A DNA stretch of 64,000 nt from the human T2T-CHM13v2.0 reference genome, Homo sapiens, in assembly GCF_009914755.1 (NCBI RefSeq), contig NC_060942.1. One strand, written 5' to 3'. This document shows positions 27,141 through 39,734 of this stretch, piece after piece (the stretch's first letter is position 1; the number at the start of each line of letters is the position of its first letter). Below the pieces are notes generated by a model, which was given only the letters and a program-made list of their open reading frames with translations, searched no databases and was not told the origin of the DNA. Position numbers and translations under genes: made by a program.

Positions 27141-27258
27141 CCCAGGGGTAAGCTTGCTCCAAGTGATTCACCGTGGGGGGCTGAAGGCAGGCACCCCACC
27201 CCATGGGTAAGCTTGCTCCAAGCGATTCACCATGAGGGGCTGAAGGCAGGCACCCCAC
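27141..27258. repeat. 59-bp tandem duplication (2 copies, 4 mismatches)
   Basis: 27141-27199 aligned by hand to 27200-27258. Confidence 0.95.
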
Positions 27259-28669
27259 CTTGTGCTGGGAAGACAGCTGCTCACCCGGCTGCTGACCTGC
27301 CCTGCACCACTTCACCCGCGCAGCCCTGGGACTTGGCTGGACCTGCAGAAGAGATGGCAAAAGCCAGGGCCTGCTTTGGTGGCTGGTGTTCAGGGACCTC
27401 CCTGGCACCTGAACTCCCACTCCAAGAGTGGCTGGAAGGTAAGGCTCGTTAGATAAGCCTCTCTGAGCCCCAGTTCCCTTGTGTCTTCATTTGTGAAATA
27501 ATAATATCATCTCCTTTGCTGGAGAAAAGAGTGCAGAGTCTAAGCTTGACCAGCGCCCCAGGGGTGCCCCATGAAACCCTCACCATGCCTGCCCCTTCTG
27601 CAGTGGCCCCTCCACCTTGGCACTTATGTAGCAGGGAGTGGGTGAGCAAGGGGCCTGAGATAAGGAGAAGCTTGGTCCTGGGCCGGCCTGGATTCAATGC
27701 CCAGCATGCCCCGTGTGGCCCTTGGTGCAGGGGATGCAGCAGTGATGCCCTTGGCCCCCCCTCGGTGGTCTTGTGGGACTCCACCTCAAATGTGCATGGG
27801 AACCTCATGGGGACATCACCTCAGCCCCAGAGGGGACGGGTGTGCCAGGCTGGCCCTGTCTTGTCATGGTGGTTCTGGAATTCTCCGATTCCACAGAGCA
27901 GTGGGCAGTTTCCCTTCCCAGCATTCGTTCTGTCTCTTCCCATTCTGTCTGGTATCTTAACAGCAACAGAGGTTTCTTGTGGTTCAGGCGGGATTGGCCA
28001 CTCCCCGGAGAGACATCTGTTCCTCTTGCCATGGGTATACTTTGCTTAGCTCAGCCTTGTGTTGGAGGGGTGGTGTGGCAGGGTTTGGATGGAGTAGATG
28101 CAGATCCTGTCCCTCAGGCAGCTGTCCGATGAAGCAGTCTGAGATGGCCCGGAGGACGGCATGGCTGAGGGAACGCCTGGGAAATGGAGCTGGGTCCACG
28201 ATCGCCTGTGCCGGGAAGCTGTCTACCTCTGGACCTTCCCATGCCATGAGCTCTCTTATTGCTTAAGCCAGTTTCAGCCAGATTTTCTGATGATTGAACA
28301 CCAACACATCCTGTTAGATTTAAAAATAATCCACTAGGGGCCTGTCACAGGTTAATTTTATTCCACTTAAAAAACATTTAGCTTCTTCCACTTTTGGGTG
28401 ATAAGGATCACAGGGATAATGAATTACAAAACTTTGCTATTCACCAAGTGGTATCTCCTCTCATTTTTCCTATTCCCAAGTCCAAAAAACCATAAGGGCT
28501 GTAACTACTGTCCTGGCACCAGGACGTGGGGAGCCTGTGCACACCTCCCAGACAGCCGTTTCCAGAGTTCTCCTCTGTGCCTCTCTCATTCCAAGGGGAA
28601 CGCAGGGAGAGGAGCTGGTATGACTGAGGGCTGGGCATCGGGACAGGTGCTCTCTGCCTTATGGGAAGG

Positions 28670-28820
28670 CATCCACAGGTTAGGGTTATTATTATTCCTC
28701 CTGCATAGATGACAAATGAAAATGAAAAATCTGAGGTTCCTGTTGGTTAAAAATCTTGCCCAAAGTTGTGGCGACAATCTATGGAAGAGTGGGCTTTGAG
28801 CTTAGGCCAGTCTGACTTGC
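28670..28820 (-). mobile_element. MIR fragment
   Basis: ttattattcc...aaaatctgagg...ttaaaaatcttgcccaaag...ctttgagcttaggccagtctgac. Confidence 0.55.
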
Positions 28821-29594
28821 AGGCACATGCAGGCAAGACACAAGTCCCATCACCCAGTGGAGTCTCCCCAGACAGCACCCTTGTCCATTTGGAACGGGGT
28901 CCTCACATGTGAGCCAGGCACGATGGGCAGAATCCTAAAGAGACTCTTAGTGGAAGGATGAAAGTTGGGCTAGTTTATCTTTGATAGTCCTTCTTATCTT
29001 TCCAAGGGTTTAGTATTCAGTGTTCTGTTCACTTGCTGAATCATTCATCTGGCATATTGGCAGCCTACTAACCACTGGGTACTTCTTGGGACCCTCTTCA
29101 GTTCCAGTACAACCTTCTCTGACACATGAGGGTCAGAATAGTCCAGAGACTCCAATTCCAATGCCCAAGTATTAGGCACTACTGAGACTTTTGAAAAATC
29201 CAGCACTTGGGTTTATTCTGGGCAGTGCTAAGGAAGCACATGGGTTTGCTGGCAACAGAACATTCAAACTGGTCTGAAGAATCAAATATGTATTTGTTTG
29301 CACCATCAGGTGGACACCCGAGACCTGTGCTATCTATCTTCTTTCGCCTTCCCAGTTGCACAGATCGGTTCACCTGGTTTTCCAGGTGAGCAGCCTCAGG
29401 CAGTGAAGGCCCGTGATTTGCCTGAGGCTGTGGTGTGGGACTGAAAGGAACCAGCACCAGCTCTCTAGGGTCTCATTTACAACTGGAAAAAACTGGAGTG
29501 CCTGTCCTGAAATCCTGCAATAGTATACACTTGTGAGGCACTGGGTGTGGACTTTTGTTCCATTTTAAAATGAAAGTGAAAAGCATACCTTAAT

Positions 29595-29780
29595 CTAACA
29601 CTTATCAGCAGGTACTATGCTCCAACCCCACAGTAAAGTCCCGGGAATACAGAGATGACAGTGAGGTGAGATGGGTCCTGCCTTCAAGGAGCCCGCAGTC
29701 TCCAGGGAGACACTGCAGAAAGTGTTAGAGATGAGATCTGAATGAAGTGCTTGTGGAACCCAGCAGTGAGAAGATATTTG
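29595..29780 (-). mobile_element. L2 fragment
   Basis: cacttatcagcaggtactatg...ggtcctgccttcaaggagcccgcagtctccaggg. Confidence 0.55.
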
Positions 29781-31339
29781 CCTCCACAGGACTGGGAAAG
29801 TTATGAAAATAAACTCACTGAAGTTAGGCAAGTGACAAACTGCCTATACTGTCACCCACCAGTCCCATTATTAAATGATAGCCACATCTTTTTAAGATTT
29901 GCTGGTCAAAGCAAAGGTCCCACCTGGCAGCCAGAGACCCCAGGGCTCCTCAGATCTCATGTATGGTCTACAAAGGCCCCAAGAAGCTGACATGCACAAG
30001 AGGTCCAGCCTTCCTGTCCCCAGCCCAGCTCAGCCCAGCTTTCCAAAAGCTTTCTACTCCCATTCTCCCCACCCTGGCTCCTACCTGCCCTGCTGCCCCT
30101 AATTTTCTGAGGTCATCACCGGCCGCCTCCAGTCCTTCCTTGTTCTGCCTCCAGTCTGTGCTGGACTCTGGGGAGTGCCTAAGTGGAAGTGCTTATTCTC
30201 CTGCTGCCGCTGCTCACAGGCATCTCCCCAGAACCTCCTGCTCGGCTCCGTGGCCTCTCCTGTGGGTTGTGGCACATGCAGAAAAAGCACATCAAGCCTG
30301 GCTACGTGTTCCCAGGAGACTGTGCTGTGCTGACCACAGTCGGAACCCCAAACAAAGGATGAAGGTCAGGTGCTCAGGGGCATGGCGTGGGGGCCTGCCC
30401 AATTTCCACAGAGCACTGTGTGAGCGCCCAGGACAGACGCTGGCTCCCTGCCTGGGCATCCAGGGCTATCTGCAAATTCCTAAAACTAGATTTTATCTAC
30501 AGCTCAATTGGCTTCCTTTTTGATAACAAGATGTTTTATTGCATTTGTCCTAGACAGACAGGTGTTATTCCAATGGCTACAGTGATGTATTTACGAAGCA
30601 TTTGTATGGTTTATAACGTTTCCCTTATGAAGGCTACTGCCTCTTACATTACTATAATTTCTATGGGCCAATCTTTAAATAAATGCTACATGTGTCGCCG
30701 CATCGCTTGTTCCAAGTGACCCGATTCAAAGGTGATATAAATGGGATGTTTCTCCCCTTCATCAGGATAATTGTTTAGTATCTTGCTAATGACGACATAA
30801 GCCCAGTGACAGCGGACCCCCCAAAGGCCTGCTAGGAGTTTTACTGACCACTCCAGCTAAAAGAGTGAGGTTTAACTGGTGACCCCAGACCAGGGGGGAG
30901 AACACGGGCATGACAAAGAATTCGACTAGAAAAGCATAAGGGAAACACCAAGGAGTTTAGGTCCTTTCGAGCCCTGCCTTGATCTGAAAGGCAGTGAAGG
31001 TGGAGGTCTGGGGCCCACTGCAGGCCACTCCTATTACCTTTCTGGACTTACTTCCTGCCCTGTTTAGAACTGTATGAAAACAACTGCCACCAGAGCCCTC
31101 CGAATATCAGACATACAATCAGGTGCCACAGCTGAGTTTCAGAAAGCAGGTTCCCTTAACGAAGCTGAACGTGTGATGATAAAAAGGAACCATCTTCATA
31201 GTTGTGTTAAGCCCTGGTGTTGCAATTCATATCCAGGTAGCCTTTGCGTTGCTCTGAAATGCCTGATGAAGTAGCATTTTGCAAGATGGGAATCTCTCCA
31301 AAGGCAGCGTAATAATCCAGGACCTTACCACCAGCAGCA

Positions 31340-31383
<44 letters not shown>
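31340..31383. repeat. (TG)n microsatellite
   Basis: Directly visible. Confidence 0.95.
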
Positions 31384-33005
31384 TCTTGGGGGGGGGTCAC
31401 CTGGAAAATGTTGACTCCCAGGTCCCCTGTACCTCCTGAATTGGGACCAGTATTTGAACAGGTGACTCATACGGATGTTAGCGGGTAGGAAGCACCCCTC
31501 TCTAGTGAAGGACAGCCTTGGTCTGAGAACTATCCACGGACTCAGGCTCTGCTCAACCAGTGATAAGTGATCTTGGGCAAGTCATTTTTCTGTGCTTTAA
31601 TTTTTCCTTCTCTAGTGGGAATCATTCATCTCTACCCAATTAACAGTAAAGAAGTGAAAACAGCAAAATTGCAATCAAATACGTCAAATGCGCAAATAAG
31701 TTCTAAAATGTTACAAAAAGTATATGTACAAGTTGAAAGGACAAATATTCTCCAATACTGATAATGGTGGCATTTTAATTTTCCTGCTGCTGGAGAATGA
31801 GCATTCTCTACAGTTGACTTGATGCCGGGGCTCCTTCAACTGGCCCTCATTCCACAAGCAATTCTCCAAGTTACTTTGAGTAAAAACCCTCAAGGAGACA
31901 ATTCAATTTCCAAATGTAAATTCCAACAACATATAGAGGGAACACTATCGCTACCAGTCCCCTGGTGAGAAATGAGGTTTTCTACAAAATGTGATTGCCT
32001 TTGACATTGTTGCCGTTCCTGTGAAGTGGTTTTTCAATGTTAAAAGAAGCTGTTTCTATTGGGAAGGGATTTGTTCATGTAAAGTTGAAAGTTTACGCTT
32101 GTTATGCATGAGTTCAAGGGAAGACAGAAACGATGTGGAAAGACATGGATGTTCAATGTCATGTGGTTTTGAAGGGCTTGTTTCTGACCCTTAATTATGA
32201 TCTGTCATTTATACAGAATATAGGGTTCTTGCCACATGTGAGCATGAAACGTGGACCCACTGATGTCTTCCCCACACATATCCCCTTCACCTTAAAATAC
32301 TTCCTGCCATCAATGAGTGAATTCATCCCCCAAGGAGCTGAGTCTACAGGATTCAGAATTTGATTCTGGGCAGAAGAGCAAATTCAAATTCTAGATATTC
32401 TGCTATGAAGGCAAAGATTATGATAGTCAAACATTATCAGCTTTCTATAGGCAAAAACATGTAGGTGAAATCCTTCTAGAGAATGAACGCTCTACACATG
32501 ATTTTCTCTATTTGATTTTCTTTATTTGATTTGTAAGAACACATTCACAGGAGCCCTTCCTCCTAGCATTAAAACTAAATTATGGATATTAAGCCATTAA
32601 TTCCATTGAGGCTAATTTGTTTTTAACTTTCTGTGATATTTAGACGACACAGAATCAAATGATCTGGAATCCTAATTGTGCTGGATTAGAGTTGAACACA
32701 CTTTCATGGTCAGAACCGTGATACTTCTACTGGGTTTATCTCCACAAAAAGATTCATAACAAAGGCCAATTGCTGTTCTTCAAACCCCTAGTCAGCCGTA
32801 TCCCAAAGGACCCGGGCAGATGGTAAAGGGGACTGCAGAGAAGTCACCTGGCGGATGGGAGGGCATTGGCCAGTGTTCCAGCTTCACTTCTGAGTCCAAC
32901 GGGCTCTGTAACCTTGGACCGGGCACCTTTTCTCTCTGGGTCCCAGTTTCTTTTCTTCATTCATAAAATGGGTAGAACTAGATTATTCTTTAAATCCCAC
33001 ATTTA

Positions 33006-33325
<320 letters not shown>

Positions 33326-33726
33326 ATTGAGTCTTCTCATTCACAAGAGCCAGAGATGGGTGCAGGCTCCTCCCAGCTGTAAGTTTCTGCTGGCAACCAT
33401 GGACCTCCAGGGTTTCGGCATCTAGGGCAACCTCTCTTCTAAGGACACCATTCCTTACCCACGTTTCAACATCTCCCACCAACCAAACAAACCATCCATT
33501 TGATCATTCTAAGACCCTGTTCAGTTCTTTAGGTGCCGAGGATAAGACACAATAATTTTATGAGGATTTTTCTGAGCTCTAAGCATAAATCCATCTTTCA
33601 TATTAGATGCTACCACCTATGTGCAGGATGTTTTAATTATTTTAATTTCATACCGTTTCAAAGACATCATCAGATAGATAGTGCTCCTCAAGGGAAATTT
33701 TGGCTTGGGGTGGAGGCACATGTTCA

Positions 33727-34051
<325 letters not shown>

Positions 34052-34578
34052 GTCTGTACTTTGGCCCAGCGCTTCTCAACATACATGAAGACGTATTGGT
34101 TTTCTCCAAACTGTGCTCCCCGGGATACTTACCCTTAAGGGCACCCCAACATGCTTCCTGAGGACAGTCAAGCCTCCTGGGATGCAGTGAGTGAGCACCA
34201 ATGGGCAGGTCTATAATGGGCAAGAATAGACTCGAGGACAATGTGGACCACAGAGCCCCTTTAGTCTTGCTGCTGTGTCACACTAGCTACTCAGCCAGGG
34301 AAACAATTAAACAGGATTCAAGCAGACATAATTGAAATAGGTCCTTTTTTGACTTCCTGTGAATATCAACTACTACTAAGAATCACTTGATCTGATACAT
34401 ATTATTAAAATGTTATTTGTGTGTTTTGTGTAACTTTTTTTTTTCTTTTGCCAACATTCCATAGTTTGTTCATGGTAACAGCAGTAAGGTTCTCATGCCA
34501 AGCATTCCTCCTTTTACAAGGGGGATAGCATGATGCTATAAGCCTAGGAAAAATAAAATTCAAAGTTTAAAATGAAAA

Positions 34579-34824
34579 AAATAGAGTAAGACCTACTATT
34601 TGATAGCAAACAGGGTGACTATAAGCAATAATAACTGTACATTTTTAAATAACTGAGTGTAGCTGGATTGTTTGCAACTCAATGGATAAATGCTTGAGGA
34701 GGTAGACACCCCATTCTCCATGATGTGCTTATTTATTTCACATTGCATGCCTGTTTCAAGACATCTCATGTACCCCATAAATATATACACCTTCTATATA
34801 CCCGTAAGAATTAAAAATAGAAAA
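34579..34824 (+). mobile_element. 5'-truncated L1 3' end (L1MA/L1PB-like)
   Basis: agacctactatttgatagca...cagggtgactata...atctcatgtaccccataaatatatacacc. TSD AAAATGAAAA at 34569-34578 and 34825-34834, with TT|AAAA. Confidence 0.88.
34732..34737 (-). terminator. Candidate distal PTGR3 polyadenylation signal (AATAAA)
   Basis: TTTATT on +. TGTA about 50 nt upstream and GGGGTGTCT downstream on the minus strand. Lies 4.1 kb past the stop codon. Confidence 0.5.
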
Positions 34825-34840
34825 AAAATGAAAACAAACT

Positions 34841-35020
34841 TTAAAGCGACCACACCAACCATATTGGTAATCCAGTTTAAAGTGACCACACCAACTGTAT
34901 TGATGATAAACCAAAGTGACCACACCAACCGTACTGATAATCCCGCTTAAAGTGACCACGGCAACCATACTGATAGTCCAGTTTAAAGTGACCACACCAA
35001 CCGTTTTGATAATCCAGTTT
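34841..35020. repeat. 36-bp tandem repeat x5 (TTAAAGTGACCACACCAACCRTAYTGATAATCCAGT)
   Basis: Five aligned units visible directly. Confidence 0.95.
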
Positions 35021-38000
35021 TGTATTTTGACTTCTGAAATATGATCATAAATGTTTAATTCTGGGCCATAACTGGGAAATTAGTTACTGAACATCTAACT
35101 TTCAACAAAAAAGCCCATGAAGTTTACATAGATAATTCTTGTGTTTAACCAAGTAATAAAATATTTAATAAAATGAAAGTATACAGAAGAAAATTATGAA
35201 TTCATCAAATCAGGCCGTTTTGCATCCAGATTGTATTCAGAAAACTTGTTTAACACCTAGGAAATTACTGTCCAAAGTTGATAGTGCTTGGTCTTTTTTA
35301 TCAGTTTTTATTCTGAAAGCTGTGCATTACTAATCTACTTTTATGTAAATCTGAAATACAGTATTTATCCCATATGTCCACATGGTAAAGTAATCAAGAA
35401 AGATATTTTCAGTGCTTAGCACCCCCACCCCAATTTAAAGGAAACTCTGACTGTAGTAAATTCATGCTAATTGAGAACTCTGGGGAAGGGGTTAAAACAT
35501 TACCCAGGTACAAGTCGGGTGGCCATTATAAACGTTACCCAAATAAAAGCCAGAAACAGGAAGCCAAAAACCAGGTCCCTAAGGCAGGCATGTGTCTTAA
35601 ATGATATCATTTGTCAAGCTTCCAGCATCTTGTGGTGGTGAACACAAAAAGAAGGTCTGCGTTGTACTGAGGACATTACATCCTCATTAGCTGGAATGTT
35701 CCTCAAGTACATAATGCAGGATTTTCATTTTAATAAGAAGCAGCTACTTGTCACTGCACTTTCATTAGATAAACACAGAATGTAATACTAATGACCATTT
35801 ACAGAGGCTCTATCCTACTCCTGAGGAACTTCATCCAGATGAAATCATATAATGACAAGTTATAGAATATATCATGCAAAACTTCCTTCATTTCTTTGCA
35901 AACTATTCCCTGAATTTTTTTTTTTTTAATGCTGAGGTCAGTTAACAGCAGTAGTCATCATCAAAGGAACCCCTAAATGACACTGCTGGTATTTTCTGCC
36001 TGCAAAACAGGCTTGAAGGAATAGCATTTGGCTCTTTAGAAGTCATAACCAAATGGTAACAGATCACTGGGACTCCTTGGTTTCTCAAAGAGGCAAGCTC
36101 CTTCCACCCTGCCCGGCTGGTGACCTTAAGCCCGACATGCAGAGAAGTCCACGCTGAGAAATAATTTACTCACTGGGATTGTTCCACCCTGGCCCCTTCT
36201 CTAAAAAGACTGACAATTGCCCTGAATTATGGATGTACTTTTTGTGATATGTATTACAGTTCAGAAGAAAGGTGTTGAGACCATCGTACCGTTTCACCTC
36301 CCATTAGAGGCTGGTCTTGAACAATAATCCCAGAAGATGAAACTGATGCTGAACTATGACCCTCAATTTACAAATCATTTTTCAAAAGAATAAAAAAAAG
36401 TTTAAACATATTTTTGGCATTATCTGAATGGGCGGAATCTTTCATGCTTGTTTTCTAAGAATAAGTGAAAACAGCATGCAGTGCACTTTCTTAGTTTGGG
36501 GAAAGAGAGAACATGAGGTTTTCAGATTATATTTTATTTTAATCCTGGGCGTTTGAATTTTATTTTTACATAGCTGCATTTAGTATATTCCCTCAAAACA
36601 CAATAAATTTCTATTCTGTAGCTTAAGGGATCCATCAGTTAAAATGTTGGTCTTTCATCTTTATTACCCTCCCATTAAAATGAAACAAACCGGGACTCAC
36701 TTCAGTTTCGAAGAAGCAATTTAGTTGGTAATGTCCTTACTCCCCAAGTCTTTACAAAGGGAGAAAGTACATTACTGCTTAGATTTCACACATCTATCTG
36801 CATAAGAAGCAACTAAGCCTTTTGGACATAGACTATGTTAAATTTAATAATATTCTTTGATTAGATTATTTTATTACAACATTTTTTCCATTACCAGTCA
36901 TTTCCTGTGCACAGTTACATTCATAAAACCTGCTCCCCCCTCCTTTGTTTGTTTGTGAATGTAAAAGTGAGGCAAAGTCTCTTTCCGTGTGGCTGTGGCT
37001 GTTAGGTCTGAAAGGGATGGATGAATAACTAAGCACCACACTGGACGGGTTTTTCCTAGTCCCCTGCACCAGTAACCCTTTGCTATAATGAGGACACAAA
37101 GAGCCTCGCATCAGGCCGCTACCCTTCTTCATAACTCAAAAGCGTCACAGTGGCAATAGCCTCTAGTGCTATTTGTCTTTAGTGCAGTTGTGACACTTCG
37201 GCATGATCCATAATTTGGCAGCTATTTACCGTGACATTTCCCTTCAGTGCAGCCATAACATTCAGTGAAGCCATTATTTGGTTCCATTTACCATATAAAT
37301 TGTATTGTTGTGCATGCATGCTAGCAGCTACATTAGGTACCTGAAAATGAGTAAATCTTGTAAAATAGATACTAACAGCTATTCAGCAGTAGGATTTCCT
37401 TGCTCCTCAGATGGAAGGAAAGAAAAATTAAATACAGTCCCCAAATTTCCTAGAGCATCTTTAATTGCGTCCATATTTACTGAGCAGGTTAGATACACCG
37501 AAACCTAAGACTTTGAAAAATAATCTGGTGGGCTTCACCTTCAATCAGAACGGGCCCATGGGGTTTCAGCGCAACGGTGACAGCGGCAGCAGTCTTCAGG
37601 GCACTAAAGGTTAAGAGGGAAGCCGATGAGCCACAGGCGTGACTCAGAAGAGAGGGTGCAGGTTTCGCTGCTTTTCCTGTGTGGTCAGTGGGTCAATGTG
37701 GGACATCAGGCTATAGTGCCAAGGAGCATCTCATTCCACCAGAACACGTGGAGAGAAAAATGGGAATGCAGAATGAGTGGCTGCTATTCTGTTTCCAGAA
37801 TCAGAGGTAACGCATAGCTTCTAGTTCGAACGCCTCTAAGGAGAAGCAAATGTATTCTTCCTTGAGATGACTGAGGTCTCTACGGTGCACAGGGCGATGG
37901 GACATACCGTACCTCGAGCAGTGTAGCATGCTGTTACTAAGGCCTTGCCGTGTGCCTAGACAGCGCTTCCCTCCTGGGGCCCGTGTTTTGTGGTGAACCC

Positions 38001-38612
38001 CCACTGAGAATGGAGCGCACACTTTTCTCTTTCCTGTGCCTATATTAATTTTAAGTCCCCCTAATCTCTGTGGTTTCCCTTTCCAAAACCTACTTTCTGT
38101 CTATGTAAGTTTTCAACATTAATTTGCTGCTTCAGAGGAAAGAGAACATTTCCATTTCACATGTGCCTTATCAGGTTGATGGTAGATAAAAGCCATTACG
38201 TGCTACTTCTTCAAAACACATCTGTGTTCACGGAATCATTTTTCTAATAACAAAATCAAATTTGGGAGGGAATTCCCCCAAATGTCCATTTAGATAGTTG
38301 GTTGGTGATTTATAGAAAAAAAAAGGACCATTTCCTGAGGATATAGATTCTGAAAATATATGGCTGGCTTTTGCTACACTTGTCACTCATGAACTGCTTA
38401 TGAGCATAAGACCAAATTCTCCCAAAGCAAAGAAGTCGGGAACCACTTTCAAAACTGATTTTAAAATCTGATCAAGCTGAAGACATACTGACTCGATCAG
38501 ATCTGGCATCAGGAATGAATTTAGTTCCCTGGAACAATAACATCTGGAACGAGACCATCCATGACTAAAGAATTGAATGTAAGCGTTTTCCCTCTTAGCC
38601 ATGGAGGGAAGT

Positions 38613-38618
38613 TTTATT
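38613..38618 (-). terminator. Candidate proximal PTGR3 polyadenylation signal (AATAAA)
   Basis: TTTATT on +, about 190 nt after the stop. A neighbouring genomic A-run could cause oligo-dT mispriming. Confidence 0.35.
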
Positions 38619-38809
38619 AGCACATTTTTTTTTTTCCCCCAAGGGAAGAGGAGGAGGAGGAGGAGAAGGAGAGACCTATTCATTAACACCTTACTTTTGT
38701 TTTAAGAAATATTATATCCATTACCAACTAAAAATAAATTGATTTGAGTAATTCTGAGACATAAAGTGCCCATTTTCTTTCTCCCTTGATTTATGTCATT
38801 GTTCTGTTT

Positions 38810-39734
38810 TTACAGCTTACTGTTGACAGAGTGAGGTAATTCAACTACAATTTTTCCAGTGTTTTTTCCCATGTACATATAATTGACAGCACGGAATATG
38901 GACTCCAGGCCAGTAAACCTGCCCTCTGGAGACAGATCTCCAAGGTCCACCTCACAAACCAGGTCTCCGCTCACACACATCTCGAGCAAGTGGCTCATGG
39001 CTGCTTGATACTTAGAAAGGTAATGGTTCAGGAAGAAGCCCTGTACGCTGGCAGATTTCTTGAGCAGTTTGGCTGGCAATGTTCCTGCTTTCACAGGCGA
39101 AAGGCCAGTAGGAGTTTGGTAGCCAGAGATAAACCCTATTACTATCAAGCGCCCTTTCGTAGCCAGGGCGTCTACAGCCAAGTCAAACATGGCTCCCCCA
39201 ACAGATTCATAGACCACATCGACACCTTCAGGGTACTCCTGCTTAAGGACGGTACCTACGGGTTCAGTTTTATAGTTGATAGGACGATCACAGCCAAGAG
39301 ATTTCAGAAAAGCAGACTTTTCATCAGAAGAGCAGGTTCCAATTACATGGCACTTTGCCTTCTTTGAAAGCTGCATGGCAAACTGGCCCGTTCCCCCAGC
39401 TGCTGCTGTCACCAAAACTTTTTTCCCTTCCGACAGTCCTCCGAGCTCTTTCAGGCTGATGTATGCGGTGGTGCCACTTACCAGCAGGGTAAGATACTCG
39501 GGTTTCACTGAGGGCACTGGAGTTGCAATGCTGGCAGGCACAACTGTGTACTCAGCAAAAGAACCAGGTGCCATGTAAGCCACAGCTTGGCCAACTGTGT
39601 ATCTGGCACTAGCAGAGAGGCCTAGGGCCACCACCTCCCCAATGCCTTCGAAACCTATGTCAAAGGGAGGCTTAACTGAGGGGTCATAGCGGCCTGCTGA
39701 ATAGTTGATGTCAGATGCGTTAACACCAACAAAT
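38810..39734 (-). CDS. PTGR3: Prostaglandin reductase 3 (ZADH2), coding exon 2; MDR/quinone-oxidoreductase-like NADP(H) oxidoreductase
   Basis: Acceptor TTTTCTTTTAG|A at 39735/39734. 209+925=1134 nt = 377 aa plus TAA. MDR motifs [45 protein letters not shown]-terminal SKL. Confidence 0.98.

Noticed and set aside
34841-35020. 36-bp periodic repeat resembling a CRISPR array
   Set aside because: The whole unit is repeated with no unique spacers, there are no cas genes, and the context is primate DNA.
38990-39578. Plus-strand ORFs antisense to PTGR3 exon 2
   Set aside because: Shadow ORFs of a real coding exon with no independent signals.
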